A DNA stretch of 64,000 nt from Candidatus Desulfobia pelagia (GTDB lineage: Bacteria > Desulfobacterota > Desulfobulbia > Desulfobulbales > SURF-16), in the NCBI GenBank assembly GCA_014382295.1, contig JACNJZ010000045.1, positions 6,017-70,016 on the forward strand, written 5' to 3'. Below, one piece after another: positions 56,699 through 64,000 of the stretch. Numbering within the stretch: position 1 is the stretch's first letter; each line of letters opens with the position of its first letter. The notes beneath the pieces are model-generated. The model did not search any database, was not told where the DNA came from, and worked only from the letters and a program-made list of their open reading frames with translations. The position numbers were made by a program, and so were the translations under genes.

Positions 56699-59170
56699 AT
56701 GTTTGATTTTTTAAAAAATGTGACTTACCAGATTATTTCACCAATAGCCTCAGCACGATCTAGATATGAGACCTTCAAGGACCTGTTAAAAAACGACCAG
56801 AAAGCACATGAGCTGCTGGCCACCCTGGAGGAGGTCTATTACCAGAACAAAAAAGTCGATATCAATTATGCTACCAGGTTATACAGTCAACTATCTCAGG
56901 CTGTTTCAACAATGGTGGCATGCCTGGGGAAAATGTCTCCAGGCGAGAGCACCAATCTCCGCGCCTATTATCGAAAAATAGACTTCTTCTGCAGATTTGC
57001 ACTTGCTCCCCCGGAGATTGACACATCCCCTCCTTTTATTCTGCCGATCACTAAAATTTATCCAGATGACAGCCTGACCGGCGGTAAGGGTTTTAATTTC
57101 TGCATTCTGAAAAACACCCTCGGACTTCCCGGGCCTCATGGTTTTATTATTTCCACCTCTGCTTATAACTATTTTATTAAGGAAAGTGGGCTCCGACATA
57201 CAATAGATGAAATCCTGGCCGAGATTGACATCCATTCTACAGAATCCCTCCATAACAGCTCAAAGCAGATTATAGATCTTATCGGCAACACAGCACTGCC
57301 CGACTCGCTCAAAAAAGAGTTGAATCAGGCCTTCAAGGAATTACGGAACCAATGCAGCACGGATATCACCTTGGCAGTGCGAAGCAGTGCTGTGGGCGAA
57401 GATTCCAAAATCTCCTTTGCCGGCCAATATCTTTCAATTCTTGATGCAGATGGCGGCAACCTGCTGGAATCCTACAAACAGGTGACGGCCAGTAAATTTT
57501 CTCCCCGGGCTCTCTACTACAGAATAAGCAATGGACTCCATGATTATTCAACAGCCATGGCCGTCCTTGTTTTGGAGATGGTTGACGCCAGTGTAAGCGG
57601 TGTCATAACTACCAAGGACTCTTTCGATAAAGGCGATGACGTTGTCTGTATTCACTCCCTGCAAGGTCGGGGTGAGGATCTGGTCAGCGGCAAAAGATCT
57701 CCTGACACAACAATTATCCAGAAAGAAAAACCATTTAAAATACTACAGCAGATTCCATCACGCCCGGGGGATGCTTTCACCCTGACAGAAGACCAGGCAA
57801 AGCAACTCGCCCAATGGGCCATCCGCATTGAATCGCACTACGGAGTTCCCCAGGAAATTGAATGGTGCATAGATCAGAATGGCTCTCCTCTCATCCTCCA
57901 GACGCGCTTTTTAAGGGTACAAAAAAAGCCTGAACAGACAGAGATCGACACATCATCATACAGAGAGCTCTTTCGCGGAGGAGAATTAGCAGCCAGAGGA
58001 TCGGCAGCAGGCAAAATATATCTCCTGAATGACTTTAACCGCCTATCAGAAGTCCCCAAGGGCGCCATTCTAGTAACACGATCAACCCTACCATCCCTTG
58101 CAACCATTGCCCACAATCTTGCCGGGGTTATCGCCGATGCAGGAAGTGCTGCAGATCATTTTGCTTCAGTGGCAAGGGAGTTCAACATCCCAACCCTGGT
58201 GAAAACCAATATCGGCACAGAACTCTTCACCTCCGGACAGCAGGTCACTCTTTGGACGGATCAGACCACTGTCTTTGATGGTGTAGTGGAAACCCTTATT
58301 ACACAATATTCTGAAGATGAAAAAGAAAAGGAAACACCGTTTCTGAAATCAATGAGTATCGTCATCTCATTAATCTCGCCGCTCAGAATGGTGAACCCTG
58401 CTGACCCATCCTTTGTCCCGGAAAGCTGCCGTTCTCTCCATGACATCATACGCTTCGTCCATGAAAAGGGTATGATGTCAATGTTTGGGCTGGCTCTCCA
58501 TAAACCTCTCCGAAAAGGAGGCTCAAAACTTCTCGAATCCAACATCCCTCTGCAGTTATATCTTCTGAATGTCGGGGGTGGTCTCTCTCCAGAATCAGAC
58601 TCTCAGAAAACTATAGCTATAGAAGATGTCCTCTGCCGCCCCCTGCTTGCCCTCTGGAAAGGCTTGGCGCATACCGGAGTCACATGGCAGGACAGATCCC
58701 ATTTTGACTGGGGTGCCTATGATGACCTTGTCATGGCCGGTGGTGTGGTTAACGCTAAATCAATTGCTTTTGCCAGCTATGCAGTTATTTCTCAGGATTA
58801 CTTGAATCTTAACATGCGATTTGGTTATCATTTTGCCATCCTTGACGCACTCTGCAGCCCGGATAACGGTGAAGGCTACATAACTCTCCGCTTTGCCGGC
58901 GGCGGGGGTGACATAGAAGGAAAACTTCTGAGACTGGCCATGATCAGTGAAATCTTGAGCCGCCTCAATTTTACCGTTACCCGGAAAAGTGACCTGCTGG
59001 ATGCCCGTTTCTCCGATCGGAATACAGATAAGATACTTGAAACGCTTGATATGCTCGGACGCCTGCTGGGGGCAACCAGAATCATGGATATGATTCTTAC
59101 CAATGAAGAGATGGCGGCAGGGGCGGTCGAAGAATTTATGAATGGCAAATATACTTTTTCCAAGGAGTAA
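56699..59170 (+). CDS. PEP synthase/dikinase-like protein (ATP-grasp + swivel His domain + unknown C-terminal domain)
   Basis: GGKG, AVRSSAVGED, FAGQY, PQEIEW, LQTR, GSAADHFASVAREFNIP. Confidence 0.85.
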   Translation: MFDFLKNVTYQIISPIASARSRYETFKDLLKNDQKAHELLATLEEVYYQNKKVDINYATRLYSQLSQAVSTMVACLGKMSPGESTNLRAYYRKIDFFCRFALAPPEIDTSPPFILPITKIYPDDSLTGGKGFNFCILKNTLGLPGPHGFIISTSAYNYFIKESGLRHTIDEILAEIDIHSTESLHNSSKQIIDLIGNTALPDSLKKELNQAFKELRNQCSTDITLAVRSSAVGEDSKISFAGQYLSILDADGGNLLESYKQVTASKFSPRALYYRISNGLHDYSTAMAVLVLEMVDASVSGVITTKDSFDKGDDVVCIHSLQGRGEDLVSGKRSPDTTIIQKEKPFKILQQIPSRPGDAFTLTEDQAKQLAQWAIRIESHYGVPQEIEWCIDQNGSPLILQTRFLRVQKKPEQTEIDTSSYRELFRGGELAARGSAAGKIYLLNDFNRLSEVPKGAILVTRSTLPSLATIAHNLAGVIADAGSAADHFASVAREFNIPTLVKTNIGTELFTSGQQVTLWTDQTTVFDGVVETLITQYSEDEKEKETPFLKSMSIVISLISPLRMVNPADPSFVPESCRSLHDIIRFVHEKGMMSMFGLALHKPLRKGGSKLLESNIPLQLYLLNVGGGLSPESDSQKTIAIEDVLCRPLLALWKGLAHTGVTWQDRSHFDWGAYDDLVMAGGVVNAKSIAFASYAVISQDYLNLNMRFGYHFAILDALCSPDNGEGYITLRFAGGGGDIEGKLLRLAMISEILSRLNFTVTRKSDLLDARFSDRNTDKILETLDMLGRLLGATRIMDMILTNEEMAAGAVEEFMNGKYTFSKE

Positions 59171-59176
59171 TATATT

Positions 59177-60238
59177 TTGTCTGAATACGAATTAACCTGG
59201 GTCACAGAAAGTCTTGCGGTCGGCCATGCGCCTATGTCCTATGCTGAACTTGACGACATTCGTTCCCAGGGAATTGACGCTATTATTAATCTCTGTGGGG
59301 AGTTCTGCGATCTCCATGAGATTGAAGAAAAATCGGGATTCGAGGTCTACTATATCCCTATTCCCGATGAAACTGCCCCGGATATGGCCGAATTGGAAAA
59401 GGGGCTGGATTGGCTTGATGAAGCAATCTATCTGGGGAAAAAAGTACTGGTACATTGCCGGCACGGCATCGGCAGAACAGGAACCCTTGTGACTGGATAC
59501 CTCATTCGCAGGGGGCTGGGACTTAAAATGGCGGAGAAAAAACTCAAAGGAACCAGGTCCCAGGCCAGTAATTATTCACAGTGGCGGCTGCTGAAAAAAT
59601 ACGGCAAAAAATCAGGAAAACTCACCATCAGGGAACCATCGCTGGAAAGCGGTCACTTGATTGACCTGAGCAGTTTTTTCATGGAGTATGAGTCCCTTGT
59701 CAGCGAGGTCGAAAATAAAATAACCGGTCAATCCGAAACAAATCCTCCCCGATGCGGAATCAATGACCCAAAGGGCTGTTACCGATATTTTGAACTGCAG
59801 TTTATCGAGGCTATTTACCTCGGCAACAAGATAAACAAAACACTTACAGCAGAACAACGACAGCAGGCAATTGAGCGGGCTGTTGACGTCTGGAAACAGA
59901 TACGCGCTATAGTTCGCAATGAGTCAGCGGATTCAAAAAAAGATCTGGAAGATCACTACCTGAGAAAGAATATTCTTTGTCCTTTATATGTAGACGGGTG
60001 CCAGATCACAGATTATCGACCACTAAGCTGTCGGTTATACGGTATAGAAAAAGAAGTGATCGACATGAATCTTCTTGAAGAGATGCTCACCAACATCTCC
60101 AGGTCTCTGTTCATGTCTTTATCCGGCTTTTTCCCAGAGAAAAACCTGTTTCTCGTTTCCTGTGCAGACACGGTTTCCGGCAGGTTTGCCCAGATTTATT
60201 TCCATTTTCTTGCATCACTGGAAAATCAGGACAAATAG
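59177..60238 (+). CDS. Dual-specificity protein phosphatase fused to a Cys-cluster domain
   Basis: IPDETAP, VHCRHGIGRTG (CX5R); CPL...C...YRPLSCRLYG. Confidence 0.85.
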   Translation: MSEYELTWVTESLAVGHAPMSYAELDDIRSQGIDAIINLCGEFCDLHEIEEKSGFEVYYIPIPDETAPDMAELEKGLDWLDEAIYLGKKVLVHCRHGIGRTGTLVTGYLIRRGLGLKMAEKKLKGTRSQASNYSQWRLLKKYGKKSGKLTIREPSLESGHLIDLSSFFMEYESLVSEVENKITGQSETNPPRCGINDPKGCYRYFELQFIEAIYLGNKINKTLTAEQRQQAIERAVDVWKQIRAIVRNESADSKKDLEDHYLRKNILCPLYVDGCQITDYRPLSCRLYGIEKEVIDMNLLEEMLTNISRSLFMSLSGFFPEKNLFLVSCADTVSGRFAQIYFHFLASLENQDK

Positions 60239-60280
60239 TTTGTTTGAAAACTCTCCCAGATGAGTTAAACCTTGTGAACC

Positions 60281-61717
60281 ATGAGCGCACACACTGATAC
60301 CAAAAACAATCCTCAAACCGTTTTGATTGTTGACGACGAGCCCGATATGCTCACCATGCTCCAGCTCGTATTGAAACGACAATGCGACTGCCAGGTTGTC
60401 CTGGCACAATCAGGGAAAAACGCCCTGCAAAAACTTAAAGAATACAAGCCTGATGTCGTGATAACAGATATCAAGATGCCCGACATGGACGGTCTTGCCC
60501 TGTTAAAAAGAATCAGGGATATCGACGACACAATCTCCATAATTATCATGACAGGCTACGGCACCGTCGAGATGGCTGTTGAGGCGCTGAAAGAAGGAGC
60601 CTATGATTTTCTGGAAAAACCCTTCAACAAAGACCATATTGTTCGCACAATTCATCATTGCCTCGAAAGAACCAAACTCTTAAGAAACTATCAAAGCCTT
60701 CAGGCACAACTGATTGACAGCAATCAGCTCCATGGTTTTATCGGCAATTCTCCCGCCTTGAAAAAAGCCTTGGACCTCATTGCACTGGTGGCAGATACCG
60801 ATGCAACGATTCTTATTCGCGGAAATTCCGGAACAGGAAAAGAAGGGGCGGCAAAAGCACTTCATGCCCTGAGTCATCGTAAACAAAACAGGATGATTAC
60901 TGTAAACTGCCCTACCCTTCCAGAGCAGATTTTAGAGAGCGAGCTTTTCGGATACAGCAAAGGGGCATTTACAGGTGCAACATCCGACAAAAAAGGCCTG
61001 TTTGAAGAAGCAAACCATTCAACAATTCTTCTGGATGAAATCGCTGATATTCCTGTTTCAATACAGACAAAACTGCTTCGAGTCCTCCAGGAAAAAGAAA
61101 TACAGCCGCTGGGCCAGAATAAATCCATCAAGGTTGATGTCCGGGTTGTGGCCTCAACAAACCAGGATCTGGAGGCAAAGATAGAATCCGGAGAATTCAG
61201 GGAAGATCTGTATTACCGACTCAATGTGATAAATATTACCATGCCGTCTTTAAGCGATATGTCCGAGGATATCCCCCTCTTGTCCCACCATTTTCTGGCT
61301 CTTTTCAAAAAAGAATATAATAGGCCTGATATCCAGTTTGCTCCGGATGCCATTGACTATCTTTACCATCGGCATTGGCCTGGAAATGTCCGAGAACTGC
61401 AAAACATCATCAAAAGAGTTGTTATTGTAGCCCGAGAAGAAGTTATTGATGCCGCTGCCCTGAAGAACGCGGAACAGAAGCATTCCGGAAGATTAAACTG
61501 TTCAGAAATGCAGCAGGCCATATTCAGCCTTCCCTATAATGACGCAAAAGCTGAGGCAACCAAACATTTCACGGTTGCCTATATTTCAAATGTACTCAAT
61601 CAGAATAATGGCAATGTGACCTCCGCTGCCCAGAAAAGCGGCATGGATCGTCAGGCATTGCAGCGGATTATGCGCCGGTACAATATGAAGTCTGCCGATT
61701 TTCGCAAAAAAGATTAA
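60281..61717 (+). CDS. Sigma54-dependent NtrC-type response regulator
   Basis: REC, GNSGTGKE, ESELFG, GAFTGA, FREDLYYRL, WPGNVREL, HTH. Confidence 0.95.
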   Translation: MSAHTDTKNNPQTVLIVDDEPDMLTMLQLVLKRQCDCQVVLAQSGKNALQKLKEYKPDVVITDIKMPDMDGLALLKRIRDIDDTISIIIMTGYGTVEMAVEALKEGAYDFLEKPFNKDHIVRTIHHCLERTKLLRNYQSLQAQLIDSNQLHGFIGNSPALKKALDLIALVADTDATILIRGNSGTGKEGAAKALHALSHRKQNRMITVNCPTLPEQILESELFGYSKGAFTGATSDKKGLFEEANHSTILLDEIADIPVSIQTKLLRVLQEKEIQPLGQNKSIKVDVRVVASTNQDLEAKIESGEFREDLYYRLNVINITMPSLSDMSEDIPLLSHHFLALFKKEYNRPDIQFAPDAIDYLYHRHWPGNVRELQNIIKRVVIVAREEVIDAAALKNAEQKHSGRLNCSEMQQAIFSLPYNDAKAEATKHFTVAYISNVLNQNNGNVTSAAQKSGMDRQALQRIMRRYNMKSADFRKKD

Positions 61718-61718
61718 T

Positions 61719-62801
61719 TTGATGAGCCCTTCTGATTTTTCCAGGAAATTACTGGCCTGGTACGGCAAAAACCGCCGCGACCTTCCCTGGCGAAAGACCA
61801 AGGATCCCTATTCCATCCTTGTTTCCGAAATCATGCTGCAGCAGACTCAGGTGGACAGGGTCAAAGAATATTATCTGCGCTGGATTCACGAATTCCCCGA
61901 CATTTCCTCTCTTGCGTCGGCTGATGAAGAAAAAGTCCTCACCCTGTGGGAAGGCCTCGGTTACTATTCAAGGGCTAGAAATCTTCACAAGACGTCAATC
62001 CAACTCAACAGTACCGGAAAAAATGTACCGGACAGCATTGAAGGACTAACCTCCCTTCCGGGAATCGGCCCATATACTGCCGCCGCTGTAATGAGTATCG
62101 CTTTTAACAGAGATGAGCCCCTGGTTGATGCCAATGTCGAACGGGTATTTTCCAGGTTTTTCGATGTGAATCATCCCGTCAAGTCACGTGAAGCGCAAGA
62201 TATCTTCTGGAAAAAAGCGAAACAGCTCCTGCCTTCAGGGCAGGCGGGAGAATATAATCAGGCGCTCATGGAACTGGGAGCCCTTATCTGCCTTAAAACC
62301 AATCCTCTCTGTGACTCATGCCCTGTCCAGGACGGATGCAAAGCCCTTAATCTGGGCCTGATCGACCAGCGTCCGATTTCCGCACCCTCGAAAAAAACGA
62401 TCCAGATCAACATGGCCTGTGGTGTTCTTAAAAAAAACGGCCTGTTTTTTATTCAGAAAAGACAGGAAAATGATGTATGGGCCGGCCTCTGGGAGTTTCC
62501 CGGTGGGCGCCTGAAAGAAGATGAGAGTCCTGAAAAAGCCGTTGTGCGTGAATTTATGGAAGAAACTGAACTTGCGATACATAATGTCAGGCCCATCGCG
62601 ACAGTCAAACATTCCTACATGAATTATCGAGTAACACTGCACGGTTTCTTTTGTGATCAGTACAAAAAAGATCAGCAGCCGATCCTCCATGCCGCCCAGG
62701 ATTTCCGGTGGGTGAGCGCTGCAGAACTAGAGGAGTTTGCCTTCCCTGCCGGACACCGCAAACTCATTACACTTTTAAAGGAAAATGCTTTTACGAACTA
62801 A
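61719..62801 (+). CDS. mutY: A/G-specific adenine glycosylase
   Basis: RDLPWR, VSEIMLQQT, WEGLGYYSRARN, LPGIGPYTA, 4Fe-4S loop, NUDIX-like tail. Confidence 0.95.
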   Translation: MMSPSDFSRKLLAWYGKNRRDLPWRKTKDPYSILVSEIMLQQTQVDRVKEYYLRWIHEFPDISSLASADEEKVLTLWEGLGYYSRARNLHKTSIQLNSTGKNVPDSIEGLTSLPGIGPYTAAAVMSIAFNRDEPLVDANVERVFSRFFDVNHPVKSREAQDIFWKKAKQLLPSGQAGEYNQALMELGALICLKTNPLCDSCPVQDGCKALNLGLIDQRPISAPSKKTIQINMACGVLKKNGLFFIQKRQENDVWAGLWEFPGGRLKEDESPEKAVVREFMEETELAIHNVRPIATVKHSYMNYRVTLHGFFCDQYKKDQQPILHAAQDFRWVSAAELEEFAFPAGHRKLITLLKENAFTN

Positions 62802-62896
62802 GGTTGCAAATAGCCTTGCACTGAACTAAAGTTGATATTTGTAAATAACTATTTCAGGAACGAACAAATACCGTTGTCAAGAAGGAGAAGGATGTC

Positions 62897-63481
62897 ATGA
62901 AACGATTAGCTTTACTCTTGTGTATCATATTTGCTTCCGCAGGATTAAATGGCTGCGGTTATAACCAGATTCAACAAAACGACGAGGCCGTTATTGCCGC
63001 CTGGGGTGACGTTGAAGCGTCCTACCAGCGCCGTGCGGATTTGATTCCAAACCTGGTAGAAGTTGTCAAAGGCTATGCCGCCCACGAAAAAGAAACACTC
63101 ACCGCCATCACCGAAGCCCGTGCCAAAGTCGGCCAAATACGGCTTGGCAGCGATATCATTAACAATCCCCAGGCAATGGAACAATTTCAAGCCGCCCAGG
63201 GAGGGTTGAGTTCAGCCCTTTCCCGTTTGATGGTTGTTGTTGAACGATATCCCGATTTAAAAGCCAATCAGAATTTCCTGGATCTCCAGCACCAGCTGGA
63301 AGGGACTGAAAACCGAATCAATGTGGCCCGAGTCCGTTTTAATGAGACTATCCGTGTGTTTAATACCTCTATCCGGACCTTTCCAAACAATCTGACCAAC
63401 AACCTGTTATTGAAACTTCCAAGAAAGGAACCATTTAAGGCTGAGGCCGGATCGGAAAAAGCACCCGCTGTTTCATTTTAG
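62897..63481 (+). CDS. lemA: LemA-family protein
   Basis: [33 protein letters not shown]. Confidence 0.93.
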   Translation: MKRLALLLCIIFASAGLNGCGYNQIQQNDEAVIAAWGDVEASYQRRADLIPNLVEVVKGYAAHEKETLTAITEARAKVGQIRLGSDIINNPQAMEQFQAAQGGLSSALSRLMVVVERYPDLKANQNFLDLQHQLEGTENRINVARVRFNETIRVFNTSIRTFPNNLTNNLLLKLPRKEPFKAEAGSEKAPAVSF

Positions 63482-63496
63482 TTAACCAAGGGAAAA

Positions 63497-64000
63497 GTGA
63501 ATAATTTCAATAGGTTTTCAACACACCTAAATTCTTGCAAAAAGGGGCGGGCACGTCGGCGCAGTGTATTTATTGCCGTCTTTTTCCTCTGCTGCTTTTT
63601 TATCTCTCCAGCCAGTGGTCTGGAGGTTCCTGAGTATCATGGCTATGTAAATGATTATGCCAATATGATCTCACCCGGGATGAAGAGCAAACTTGAACGG
63701 GCCCTGCAATCTTTTGAGCTGTCCGATTCAACCCAGATAGCCATCCTTACCCTTGATTCTCTTGAAGGGGATTCCCTTGAAGATTTTTCCATCCGAACGG
63801 TCGATAAATGGAAAATTGGCCAGAAGAGCAAGGACAACGGTGTTCTTTTGCTTATCTTCAAAAAAGATCGAAAGATGCGCATCGAAGTAGGACGCGGCCT
63901 CGAAAGTGTCTTAACCGATTTGTTGTCCGGCCGGATCATTGATGGCGTTATTTCTCCGGCTTTCAAGGCAGGCAAGTTTGATGAAGGATTCGCCAACGGC
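63497..64000 (+). CDS. TPM-domain protein, N-terminal part; runs off the window edge
   Basis: Hand translation: LEVPEYHGYVNDYANMIS...STQIAILT...WKIGQKSKDNGVLL...RIEVGRGLE; typical lemA neighbour. Confidence 0.85.
   Translation, partial: MNNFNRFSTHLNSCKKGRARRRSVFIAVFFLCCFFISPASGLEVPEYHGYVNDYANMISPGMKSKLERALQSFELSDSTQIAILTLDSLEGDSLEDFSIRTVDKWKIGQKSKDNGVLLLIFKKDRKMRIEVGRGLESVLTDLLSGRIIDGVISPAFKAGKFDEGFANG

Noticed and set aside
63655..63996. 113-aa minus-strand ORF
   Set aside because: Antisense to the plus-strand TPM-domain gene that follows lemA

Overview
64 kb of bacterial chromosome; the gene content points to a sulfur-cycling Desulfobacterota member, probably Desulfobulbales-like (inference, no database search). 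The left part is housekeeping and signalling: two-subunit pyruvate carboxylase, recCBD, a TonB-dependent receptor with a REC-PAS-GGDEF-EAL protein, GTP-type PEP carboxykinase, a GalT/HIT-like unknown, trpBA, two glgC paralogues and a DHH phosphoesterase. The centre (25.9-47 kb, minus strand) is the most striking feature. A sigma54 promoter with an IHF site precedes a sensor kinase, an unusually large TauE transporter, a response regulator, a signal-less Phs/Psr-type molybdoenzyme with its 4Fe-4S partner, and a complex I-like nuoABCDHIJKM(M')(x)LN cluster. The cluster has no nuoEFG, has four antiporter subunits and a lengthened lateral helix, and is closed by a second TauE gene. To the right are a decaying segment (mutY remnant, possible TusA remnant, frameshifted DoxX-like gene, intact IS5), LysR and HD-GYP genes, an operon of cytochrome c, dikinase-like protein, phosphatase, NtrC-type activator and mutY, and lemA-TPM. 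Two copies of a structured ~155 bp MITE-like element and several palindromic short tandem repeats lie in intergenic spaces. No CRISPR, rRNA or tRNA was seen.
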